From Paragordius varius (taxonomy: Eukaryota; Animalia; Nematomorpha): a DNA stretch of 64,000 nt. A program made the translations under genes and the position numbers. Positions 11,766 to 24,500 of the stretch are shown piece by piece. Positions within the stretch are counted from its first letter, which is position 1; each line of letters opens with the position of its first letter. The stretch is from contig OZ176052.1 in the NCBI GenBank assembly GCA_964247055.1, forward strand, positions 2,790,001-2,854,000. Direction: 5' to 3'. The notes beneath the pieces are model-generated. The model did no database searches, was not told where the DNA came from, and saw only the letters and a list, made by a program, of their open reading frames with translations.

Positions 11766-13064
11766 TTAAAGCCGGTAATTTTCATGAACATGTTAAAAGG
11801 AAAAATTTTTAACATGCAAAAATACAGCTGCAATTGTGTTTATATAGTTTTATGCGCCATGTTGTTTACTTGCAAGTGCGAAGTAAACAATAAATAAAAA
11901 CAATATGGCGGCGAAATTATTTTTTTTATTTTTAAGAAATTAAAGATTATAATTAAATAAATTTTAAAAATTATTTGTTTATATTTACCTGGCATCCGAA
12001 TTCCGCTATTCAAGGGCCATTCAATTCAAAAACGGTCAAAAAAAATTATTGCGATTTTTCCGCATATCTCTACGTATATTACGATAATATAATCATCCCA
12101 TACTAAGTAATAATAGATGGTGTATGTGGTAGAATAAACACACATAAGAAAAAATTAGTAAGTAAAAAAAATATGCGTATAGAAAAAATGAAATAAAAAA
12201 AATATTGTAAATATGTGAGGCGCAAATTACATATATTCTCAGCAAATGTATTGTATACATAAATTTAATTTAACAATAAATAATTTTTAAAAATAATTAT
12301 AGGCAATACAGGTTTTATCATCACAGCGATTGATTTTATAATAAAACCGTATTTTGCAAAAAAAATAAAATTATAACCAGATATATAAAGAATTTTTTGC
12401 CAGAATTCTAGTAAGCAAAGATGATAAAATATACTTGGCATTTGTGAACACTAAGATATTTTTAGGCAGGAATTAAATAAATATAAAAATTATGAAGATT
12501 TAAGGGCCTGAAATTATTTTTTAGATAAAAAGGACACAAAACGGATAAAATTTTGAAATGTCTATTATGGTAGCTGGAATACAAATCAAAATTACTATTT
12601 AGTAAGCTTAAAAAAGCCAATACTTTTTCATAACCACAAACAATTTGACAATATTATGAGTGTTCACTTCTATACATTGAAAGTGGATAAAATAAATTAT
12701 CCTACATTTCAGTTAATCATATCAACAGAAAAAACGATTAAAATGGAATTATCAACGTTATATATAATATGAAGAAATATGATTTCCGCGTAAGCTTAAT
12801 GCAGTACCGTTAAAATGATTTGCTTTTCAACACATAAAATATTTTACTAGGAAGAAGCGTTAAACCAGGAAATAATTTCCTTATATAAAACAAAATTTTG
12901 ATAAAGTAATGCTAGTGATGAGTATAGTATAGTATATTGCACAGTTTCTTGTAATAATTGTATGCTTTAAATCTCCGGTTTTGCATATATAATTTTATTT
13001 TATAGATATAAACCCCCTATATTTAATTTATTTGTATATATATATATAACACATATTTTACAAA
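11766..13064. promoter_or_regulatory. Divergent (head-to-head) promoter interval between MED26 and the DUF268-like gene
   Basis: Start codons at 11765(-) and 13065(+) point away from each other, 1.3 kb apart. No TSS data; a dyad lies at 11855-11913. Confidence 0.45.
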
Positions 13065-16000
13065 ATGTGGGTAAATGTTAATCGGAATTTCGAACACCTT
13101 AAAAGTTGGCAAAAATTGGGTCGCCCAACCATTCAAATCAATTGGTGCCAATTAATAGTATTGTTAATCATCATCAACTATTTTTTATATTCCTTGTCCA
13201 TATACTATTTTGAAAAATGGTTTAAATCACATTCCAATCCAAACGAGGTATATATTGTACAAATTAAAGAATTAAAAATATTGAAAAACTTTTAACTGCT
13301 AAAGATGTATATGGTCTATTGGCAGAAAAACGTAAAAAATTGACTAAGGTATAAATACAGCAAAAAATAATACTTTTTTCCAATATGTCTGTTTATTGTA
13401 AAACGCTAAGCCTTATAACTGATTTAATCTTAGGTAAGCCCGTATTCCCTATTATTATTATTATTATTATGTTTTAAAAAATACAATATAAATAATATTA
13501 ATGCATTTTAAACGATAATATTGAAGCGGTAACAACAGACAGCTATTAAAAGTAATCAGGGATTTATACATTACAAAAAGTTATTTGAAGATTTCGAGCA
13601 AGGACTCCCACGGGGAACGCGGAAGATTTTACGGGAGCGCGAAATATAATTTTTCGTTTTGTCACATGCTCGCAATAAAAATCGTTGACATTGATAAAAA
13701 ACCTATTTTAATCATTTAAATCGGTTACAGGTAGGATGATTAGGTAAAAATTATAACAAGTTTCTAAAACCTTGCAGACAGTACCAATATTGTATCAGCT
13801 TGTAAAAACCAAAGTAACAATAAGAGCATTTAATCAGTGAATAGCGTGAAGGTTGAATACAATCATAATAAGAAACGAAATCAAAATATGGAAGCACGTT
13901 TCTATTAAATCAATTATATGGGAAAAGGTGTATATCTGATATATTTTTTTTGAAATTCATCAATAATTAATGCTTCTATTGAGTTAGATTTAATATAAAT
14001 ATTTAAACTTACAATAGATGGATATGAACGGCTGACGGTCAAAGTCAAAAATATTTAAATTAAAATAAAATTAAATTTATGGTGTGAAACTAAATTACAT
14101 AAAAAAAGTTAAAATTTTTCAAATTTATCTCTGGTTACATAAAATGGAAGCCATAAATATTGATTCAAACGGTTAAATTTATGATTTATATTTTGGAATT
14201 GTGGTGGACCACATAGACTTTGAATGACTTTAGTCCTAAGCGATCAGTTCAGTTATCATTTTTGACTGGTCAAAAAGCTAAATCTACGCCCGGACTTAGG
14301 CAGCTTATTGATTTTTTTGTAGCCTAGTATATAATTAATCATATTATTGTAAAATATAGACGAATCCAATTTCCTTGGATACTGAGCAGAAGGAAGATTT
14401 TTCCTATCTTACTATAACCCAAGATTTGATTGATCCTGAAAGGATTCTTGAATGTTCGGACACAATAAAAGAGGCTAAAACGTTTGCAAGTTTTAACAAT
14501 TTCCTTAACATCGAAAATAGAAAATTAATCAAAAAGCCAATCTCATCCAAAGCAAACCGACACACAAAACGTTCCAATAATCATAACTTTGGTACCAAAG
14601 AAGGTGTAAGAGAATCCATCAAAAATCCTCAGATACGCAAACGAGAAAATATTATGATTGGTAAATCGGTTTTTGTTTTTTCATGCTTTTGGTTAATAAT
14701 GAATTATTTTTTTGTATGTGAAAAATACATTTTAGAGATATCCCCGAAACTTAAATTTGAAATGAAATATAATATTGCTGTATTTGGATAAAATATAATT
14801 AAACAATACACTATATATTATAACAGTTTTGTTACCTGTACAGTTGAAATAAGGTCTAAAAATTTAAAATAGAGTAAATATATTTTATACAATAATATTA
14901 ACATATGTTATTGATACAAATTTTTAGCGATTTTGTTAGAACAGAAAAAAATGGCGCCAAAATTTTTGAGATAAAATATACCTAATTTTACATTTAATTT
15001 TTAAATATAATGCGTTTAAAAACCCCTATGGAAATTTTCGCCCAAAAAATATCGATATTTAAATTATTTTTTGAATTGTCCCATGGTAAAATAATAGATA
15101 AAAGGGTTAAGTGTTAATTCAACACCAACACACCGAAGACTTTTTCTTACCTAAGAGTATAATTAATTTAATTATCAGGGCAGTCCCGAGTGTCTCCAAT
15201 GGATCTTATAGATTTTTCCGACAAAGGCCGTACCCCAGTTTTAATTGTTGGCTTTCTTGATTCCATTGATGATAGTTTCCTACCTGATGCATGCAAGAAA
15301 GTTTTATATTTTGCTACACAAACAAACAAAGATGACCACACTGACAAAATAAAATTATCTAATTTGGATTTCAAACACCAGAGAACAATTACACTTCATA
15401 AAAGCAACTTACAACACTTACCGCATGATAATGTTGGAAGGGAAAATGGTTTAGGCCAAACGATTAAACACATAATACAAAATTTTAAAATTTTACCATC
15501 TGAGAACATTGATAAACAACAAAGTAAAAAAGTTTTGATTTGGTGGGACCGTGTAAAACAAGATTGGTTTGATACAAAATCTTTTCCAGCGCAAAGAGAC
15601 ATTTTGCAAAATTTGATTTACGAATTGGAAAAAACCGACATTCATAGAATTACTCTTTCAGCAATTTTTACCGAAATCAAAGATACTGAAATAAAGTCTC
15701 GCGATGCTACACAGAGATTAGTATCTAACATTCTTGAAAAGAAGTATACCAAACCTGAACAAATATACAATGGTTTCTTCGGTAATTTTGTGATGGGCAG
15801 TAAATCAAATCTAAACACTAGCGCTAAAACGCGCTTGGAATATGACTATGAAAATGAACATCCTATCTTCGAAGAAAGGAATGGTCAGTATCTTAATAAT
15901 TTTTAATAAATAAAGTGTGACCGGTGCCGTGACTGTGACCGCCTTTAAAAATAACTGGTCAAAAATTTTTAAACATATCTTTATCACCAAATTTAAAATA

Positions 16001-17090
16001 CATATAAAATGATGGTATAAACTTGAATTTGTTGTAAAACATGAATTCCAATTAATTATTATTAGAAAGTTACTTTTTAAACTGGAAAAATAATTTAAAT
16101 GCTTCATTTTCGATTACTATATATTGATACAATCCTGTAAAAACAACCCCACCTTTGACCATGAATGATTACACCATATGATAGAAATATTTAAACATAT
16201 TTTGGCAGATTTTGTCCATATTAAACAGATTTAAAAATAACTACGCAAAAAACAACCCCAGGTCCTACGTCTTTTAACCTATTAATTTTGGAATAATTCG
16301 ATATAAACATCAACAAATTACCACCCTAAAAATTATAAAAGTTTTTAATTACTTTTAATTTACCAAAAAATTAATTGATTTAGGAGAAAAAGTCATGTTT
16401 ACACACATAATTGTCCCAATCGAATCATCCTTTCACCGGTTGGGATTTGTCGATCAAAATTTAGCTCCAGGAACCTCGCTTCAAAACGTGGCAGGCGTTG
16501 GATTAGAGGCAAATGCTGATTCCCTTTTCTTAAATCAAATGTGGTGCTTATTGAAAACGGATGGTAAATTTAAATATTTTTTTAAGGAAGTTGATATATT
16601 TTAAGATTATTCTTGGAGATAACATCAATGGGATCATAAATAAATATAAGTCATTGGAATATTATTAGGTCCAGTCCGATATATATAAATTATATAATAA
16701 ACAATCTTTATTAAAATAATATTGCGTATTCAATTATTTAAAATTAATTTCCATTTAAATTTTTTAACAGGTATTCTTATTCTTAACATCCCACTAGCAA
16801 GACCGGATAATTTGTCCGTGCCCAAGCTTTTAGATATCTTAACTCAAGACACCGAGAAAGATGAAAGTGGAACAAATTTCTCTGGGTTTGTGGTATGGAA
16901 TTCGCATCGAATTTACAGTTATAACCGTTTAAAAAAAATACTTTTTGAAACATCCTTTGGTTGGGAATTAATCGATATCGTAACATTTCAAAACCAAATT
17001 AAAAACTCTTTCAAACGACAAAAAGTCAAATCCTCCTCCTCATGGCACATTGAATGGAATTTATTTTTTATACTGAAGAAAATTATTTAA
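13065..17090 (+). CDS. Type II membrane protein with C-terminal divergent DUF268-like (class I methyltransferase fold) domain; exons 13065-13247, 14360-14660, 15179-15883, 16384-16563, 16771-17090; 562 aa
   Basis: Five ORF blocks join through GT-AG junctions in phases 0,1,1,1. N-terminal hydrophobic run CQLIVLLIIINYFLYSLSIYYF. C-terminal DSLFLNQMWCLLKTDGILILNIP...VVWNSHRIYSYNRLKKIL...FGWELID parallels the recalled DUF268 motifs KCxLKPGGLLFLGxP...YNAHRIYGxxRL...GFEWID. Confidence 0.72.
13599..13660 (+). mobile_element. Probable hAT left-end fragment in intron 1 of the DUF268-like gene
   Basis: GC-rich CAAGGACTCCCACGGGGAACGCGGAAGATTTTACGGGAGCGCGAAA resembles Charlie/Buster-type CAGGGGTTCCCAA...ACGCG ends. 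No matching right end found. Confidence 0.3.
15910..16000 (+). repeat. Dispersed repeat with (GTGACC/GTGACT)n, shared with ~59770-59830
   Basis: CCGTGACTGTGACCGCCTTTAAAAATAACTGGTCAAAAATTTTT vs CCGTGACTTTGACCATTAAAATAACCAGTAAAAAATTTTT. Confidence 0.5.
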
Positions 17091-17345
17091 AACAAAAAAA
17101 TATGGTGGAACGTATCAGTTATAAAAGATATATGTAAGCATGATAATACTTTATTTACAACAAAAATATGACTCAAACGTAAATTAGACATTTTGGTTGA
17201 ATCTATCACATTACATGTATATAAATCATAATGAAAAAAAAACAAAAACATATGTTGTGTGTAGACATGTAGAAATAAATTTATGCCATTATGAAATTAA
17301 CACCATTATTTTTTATAATAAAACCTAACTAAACTGATGGGTTAA

Positions 17346-18542
17346 TCAGTATTTTTTGAACGTTTCCGCAAGGGATTGTAAAGTCATTATTTTGTTTGAA
17401 TGGCTATCTTCTTTATTATTTTGCGGAGATTTGTGGTGGTGATGCTTATGTTTATGTCGGGAATGTCCATGATTTAAAGAATGACCTTCACCCTATTATT
17501 CAAACAAGAGATTATATTTGAAAGTCCGAAATAAGCACGACATCTGGTTTATACTAATACTTTAATATGCAATTTATTCCAGCTTAAATTAACCCGTAAA
17601 CACCATAAATTTACACTAAAATAAAAAATTATATGTTTTATATAAAAACTTACCTATAATTTCATAAAAAAAATATTTTTTTGTATAAATACCCAAAAAA
17701 TATACACCATTCCATAAATAAGTACTTCGTGTATAAGAATTAAATTAACACCAAACAAAATTTATTTTTAAGGTGAATTCGAAATGTCCAAGAGTGAATT
17801 TGAGGTTTACTTTATTTGGTCATAATATCAAAAATTTACATCATTTGAATTAGCTATATAAAATTAAAAGGATAAAATGGACATACCCATAATTTTCAAT
17901 ATGGACATAATATTCAATTATTTTGTTTTAAGTGACTACTTTATAATGAAAATATAATAAACCCGATGGTGGTTTTTCATCGCTTCATATTCACCCTAAA
18001 CACCATAATAGTATAAAATAATTAAATATTACAAAAATGATTATATTAATTTATTATTCTGCCTGGTACGTTCGTTAATTACATTCATATATTTTTCTTT
18101 ATACCATTTACAATTCAAATTCACCCTCGAACAATTTAAATTCACCTTTAAACAATTCCAATTCACCCTAAATATAAATTATGTGTTTCCAGGATAATAT
18201 AAATCATCATTAATATGAAATATATTTTTACGACATAGTTTATTATTTTTTGTATATAAATTTTAAACAGAATTTCATATTTTAAAATATTATAAAGGTA
18301 ATTTTTAATCTTAAAAAACACATAAAAACTGTAAATCGTATACATGAAAATCACAAGACACCATGTTTTACGGCATTTTGAATTTTTTGGTCGTTCATAA
18401 TAATATCGTAACAATTTAAAATGTAGTCACAGTCTCCCAATCAATTAATATTATCAAGAGAAATATGACAAAATTGAAGTAAAGATTCTCTCAATAATTT
18501 AAATATAAAATAATTTAATTTTTTTTCAAAATATAATTTTTT

Positions 18543-18577
<35 letters not shown>

Positions 18578-21500
18578 ATGATTATTTCGAATGTACTTAT
18601 TTTAAAAAGTGGCAGAAAACTAAGCAACCTATCACATATATCACACAATTTTACGAATATAAATATAAACCAACAAATTTATTATCACTTCAATGTGTTT
18701 CCTGTGACTTAAACTCCTTTTCTCCATAATTTCTTCGTTCTTTTGCGACGCGATTGTCGCATTCTTAACGGTAGTAGATGTAGGTTTCTGCAGAGTTCCA
18801 AATTTTTTATTTGATTCTTGATGGGAAAATGAGGTTTGTCTAACAGGGGGTTCATCCGTACCCCAAAAAGCCAAGGCCATATCATGACTGCGCGGATTTA
18901 TGTTGGCCTTTATTTGCTGTTGTTCAAGATTATTTATACCATCGACATTTTTCGTACTGCCTACATACAATAAAAGTTAAAAACTATAAATACAAAAAGT
19001 AAAACAGTAAGCAAATATTTTTTGATTAGCTAAAAACAACCTAAGAATATATAAACGTATATACTTGTCATAAAGTTTATTCATATTCGTCAAAATATTT
19101 TAACTTTAATTCAACAATACCAAAGCTTTAACTAATAAACATAATAAAAAACTGATATAATAGCAAAAAGCCAATAATTTTAAAACACAAATGTACTATA
19201 CCTTGACATTCTTCTTTTTGAATATAATCTTTGCAAGTTCAATAACTAAAATAACTAGTAGAGCTAAAAGAAAACATTTCCGAAATTGGTCCGTACAAAC
19301 CAAAATAAAAGAGAGAGAAAGCTTTCTTATTAGAGAACAAAAAACTAACAAATATTACCTTCATTGTTTACAACAATGGTACTAGGTATGACATTTGTCG
19401 CAAGCATGGTGGAATCATCGTCAGAATTGTCATTTCTTATGTCACCACCATCATAATTTGGCCGTTTAAAAGATGTGTCTTCTATTAATTTTAATAAGTA
19501 AAAATATAATTAAAAGTTAAAATAAAGTAACACTAAACAAATTGTAACACCTTTAAAATAATTTATGTTTTTGGGATACTTAAACTCATTAATAATAAAA
19601 ATATCATTTAAAAATACTAAAAAAAATAGAGTAAACATAATTTTCTAGGGTAAATTGAGATGGTCAAGGGTGATAAGTTGTAAATGATATAATGTAAAAA
19701 TTAAAATTAGACAAAACGTAACTAAAAGACAAATAATTTTTAACTATAATGCTTATCGTTTTGAGGCAAAATAAAGAAGAGAGATTTGGTTAGCTAACTC
19801 AATTAAATATTTCAAAAGGTTTAGCAGAAAAATATAAAACTTAAGCACAAGTATTTTCTAGTGTGAAAATAAAACTATTTCAATCAATCTTCAAGTTCCT
19901 GAAATTTCATCTATAAAATTGTAATAATCTTTTACATTTGGAGATAAATATTCGATCGTATTTAGGGCCAAAATTTTTTATTATGAGAAAAAAATCTATA
20001 TATACCATTGTCATATGCTTCATTTCTGTTCTTAGTTCCGCCCTCCTTTTCTAAATCCGACATTTTTATGAGTCGACGCTGTGCCACTTTCCAATGCGGA
20101 GGTGTATTACTCCGTTCTCTTCTATAGCCACGATTTTCATCATTAACTGAGCCTTCAACATCAAGTTCGGCTTCACGCAATTTGGCCAAAATGTGTGGGG
20201 GTATGCGACGTTTTCGAGACAAACTCCCGTCACCACCATTTAACTAGGGGAGAAAATGGATTAGGATTGGTTTTTTTCAATTTATTGAAAAATATAAACA
20301 CTTTTTGCCTCCAAATCAAAAAATAATTTTTTACAATATGGTAACATTTTTTTTAGTAATTAAAAACATTTTTATTGATAACAAAATCATTTATTCGATG
20401 AAAACATTCAAAGACAACATCTCCAATTAAAAATAAAAAAAAACTTTTTATATAAGATTTTTTTCGCATAAAAACATACTCCCATTCAAATATTTAAAAG
20501 TAAAATTTTCATAGGTAGAATTTTTCATTCAAAAACAATTGTGAACTTCTTAGATAGATAGATCTCTGTTGTCAATCTTAATGAAAGTATTATGTTTCTA
20601 ATGAAATAATATTGCTTTTGAAAAAGTATTTTTGTGTAATCAAAATGGCTAATTTGGTAACTCATACTAATATATTTAAATGTTACAATAAATATATATA
20701 AAGAAAAATATGAAATATTTATAATAAACATACTGATTGATTATTATCATATTGGCGAGATTCCTTATATCTGTCTTCTCTACCCGAACGTCTATGAATA
20801 AAAAAATATATTTTTAAAATAGATGAATGATTACAGAAAAATTCAATAGAGGAAAAATATTTTATGTGGTTCGATTTTAAATTTTCGCTAAAAATTACTC
20901 ACCACATCTATAAATGTAATTAGAAAATATTTTGTTTAAAAGCAACAACTATTAACTAGATTTTATCTAATTAAAAAAGCTTTAATAATTTTATTAACGA
21001 ACCATCATCAAACTTATAACACATAATTTACTTTTAAAATGCTAGTTTTATATCATTTATTGTTGGCCCAAATGAATATTTTTTAATATTTTATTGCTAA
21101 AAAAATTAATAAATAGCTTACTCATTATAACGTCGGGGCGAGCGTTCTCTTCGATCTTTTTGACGTTCCCGTTTCCTATCGTCGTTAAATCTATAAACAT
21201 AACAATACAAATTTGATAAGGTTTTTTAAAAGGTATTACTGTTTTAGTTTTAAAATAAAATAATAAAAAAATGGTGAACTTCCTTTCCCCCTACCCTTAT
21301 AACAATGAGCTATTTTAAATAAATAGGGTCTTCTAAACTTCTTAACTGCTGATCATGCATTCTATTTAAAAATTAAGTCTTAATTTTTAGGTAAAAATCT
21401 TTATAGTTTAGCAGGTCTACTGGTTACGGATTTATTAAATAAGCCAATTAAACATATGAATTATTTTGTAAAATAATAAACACATATTGTATCTAATAAA

Positions 21501-24500
21501 AACTGTAAATCAATTGAAATTTAAAATTACAAAATTTAATATGATAGTGAAAATAAAAATTTTATATTAAATTAGAAACTGCCCAATATCCAAATATATG
21601 TTTTCTTTGATTAGATCCCGTTAAAATCAATAAACAGACATAATACAACTATTAAAATTCCGATGTCAAAAACAAATGAATCCAAACTCATAAACGCTGA
21701 ATCCAAATTATTGAAAACAATATTATTTGCACACAATCCCTCTAAATTCAATTATACCGAATCCATAAACCCGTACCATATACTCAATCTCAACCCCGTC
21801 AACAACGTCATCAGAAATCTCCGGTTACAATGGGCTGGACATGTTGAAAGACGGCAAGATACTCACATTCTTAAAACTATGAAAAATTACTCGGTTGAAC
21901 TACCAGCAAAATCCGGCCGACCCCATACCACATGGCTCAACACAATAACTTAAGACCTCGAATCGCTTAATTTAAATCTAGAATTAGCCAAATCAAGAGA
22001 AGAGTGGAAAAAACGGGTGTACCGTCATTTAATGGCGAATCCCCATACAAATGAATGATGAATGATGATGATGATGATTAAAATTAAATAAGATTTGTTG
22101 CTTTTTGATTTGAAAAATTTGTTAAATACAAAAATGAGAACTTTTAATATGATAAATAACCATAAAATAACTATGAGTATATTAATGCCAATTAAAACGT
22201 TACACCCACCAGCTTAGCTCTAAATTAACTGTTAAAATTGCTTAATTTAATAAAAATCTTTGATAAAACTAAAAAACTCTTGTAAAAAAGCACAAACCTA
22301 TCATGACGACGTCGGGAACGCGACCTAGATGATCGTCGTGATTGATCTTTTGGCGACATTTCTTTTCTGGGATGATGGCGATGATGCCTACTGTTATCAG
22401 ATCTATTATAATGCATGTTTCTACCTCCTTCATCTCTACTCCGTTTTTCTTCATTGTGCTGCAACGATTCTGAATGTGGTTTACCCTTGGCAACTAATAA
22501 ATCTTCCATGTTGGGAACATGGGAGGCCAGTATAGTTTTCAGCGCATTCACCTTAACTTGGTTCTACCATAAATTATTGCATACATATATGTAAGGGGTA
22601 AATCAATACAATCCCTGTGATATTTAATATATCTATTCATTAATTGGCAAAAATATAATCATTTATAAACTTTACCAATTAACTACTATATAACACCTAA
22701 CAATTTGTAAGTTATTAAAGCATTTACCATAATTAATTCGATAATAAGCAGACGTGTTATATATTAAATTGGTAAACAACAAAACTTTTAAGCGAATGTT
22801 AAATCTAGTTTTTTTACTCTCACAGCAACCATAAAGCTAATAAATTTTCTATTTTATTTATACGAGAAACTTGGACACAAAGCATTGACATTTAATTGAT
22901 TCATCTACATTGCTTTAATAAAGGCATCTACAAAACTTAAACCAAAATTGACCAAACGATAAAACAAAACTTTCTAAGTCACGGATAAAAGTTTTTTTAT
23001 AATATTTAAAGCGCTAAAGTTGATTTAATTATGAAATAAACATTGTTTTAGAAAAAATATGCAGCTAGCTCGGAACCGGAACCGCATCAAACCGGAATCC
23101 AGTTCCTGGGATTTTAACAAGAACCGGCTTCATTGGAATAGAACCAACACGGTTCCGGTTTCACCTCCTTAATTACCGTTTCCCATATGATTTTTAGTAT
23201 AAAAATTTTATTTTATTATTTAAATTTGATTGTGTTCCACTACATATTGCCTACTTCAAACCTAAAATTAAGCGCCTAATATTATATTATCGATACTCTC
23301 TGAATTTTGAACAATTCGGCTGTTTTAAAAAACTGTCATAAGTCGAGTTAATTTATAATACATATGTTCGTATATATAGGTCTCCGTTGAAAAGAATTTT
23401 TTCACCCTTAATTTTCTATTTTCAGACATGGGAGGTAGTTTAACCAGCGAATGGCTTGGTGCAATAATTTTTTAGATGCCATACTTAATTTAACTCTTAA
23501 TTTGTACCTTTGTACTTATATTTTCCTATTGTATTTTTATAAGTTGGTTAATTTATTATGTTACACTATATTTCTTTCACTATACGTTTGGCAATTTATA
23601 ATAAATTGTTTGATTTATATTGTTAATATTTTGGTTTTTTTATTATAATAATAATTTAACCAAAAATGGAACCGGTTCTAAATTTAAAAAACCGGTTCCG
23701 GAACCGTTTTTTTAAGGAACCAACGCGGTTCCGGTCCCCTTGTTCAGTAACCGACCCGGTTCCGGTTTTACTTGTTTTAAACCGTTCCAAGCCCTGGTGT
23801 ATATATTTTATTATCATTAAATGACAAAACAAACTTTTTATATTAAATCATACACATTGGCCATAATTACTCCTTAAGAACAAATAAAGTTATTTAAATA
23901 TGCTTTTTACTAAGACGTTTTTAAGTATAAGGCATAGGAAATTGGTTAAAAATAAAAAGTATGCTATTTTTAAATTTTATATTATTTTGGATAGATATTC
24001 GTCCTTATCAACTATTCGTAACTATATCTAAATAAATTAAATAATTTATAAATATTCTACACCATGTGGCAGAATAATATGAGATCATAAAACAACAAAC
24101 ATGGACCATAAAATAAACTCCACAAAGCGTAAAAAGTTATTTAAATATTCAAATTTTTTTAAAATTATTTATAGTTTTTTTTATGATGTTATATACCGAA
24201 TCCTCATTGGATTCAAATTGTGTTTGGTGATATAGAGCTGAAGGATAACTAGTTTGAGAGGCCAGTAGTTCAAAGGCCCTTTGAGATTTTTCAAAAAAAT
24301 CAGCCTTATCCTACATATATAACAGATAATTGAAAGCATTTTTGAAAAAAAATAACAAAATATAAGATAAACAATAAAAATAAGAAAATAATTTAGAAAA
24401 TCATGGGTATAATTTTATAAAATTATTGGTCAAAAGCACTAAAAAACGCAAGATTAGTATATTCTGTGCTCGAATCTGTTATAAAATAATATAAAATTAT

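Noticed and set aside
14195-14330. GC-richer patch with small hairpins ending in CTAGT, considered as a snoRNA/snRNA or Helitron 3' end
   Set aside because: No C/D or H/ACA boxes or Sm site recognised; the hairpin is weak and unrelated to the local Helitron end.
23420-23460. AG/GT-bounded fragment ([11 protein letters not shown]) inside the GAACCG MITE, considered as a captured exon
   Set aside because: Too short, opposite strand to PPIG, and no homology evidence.
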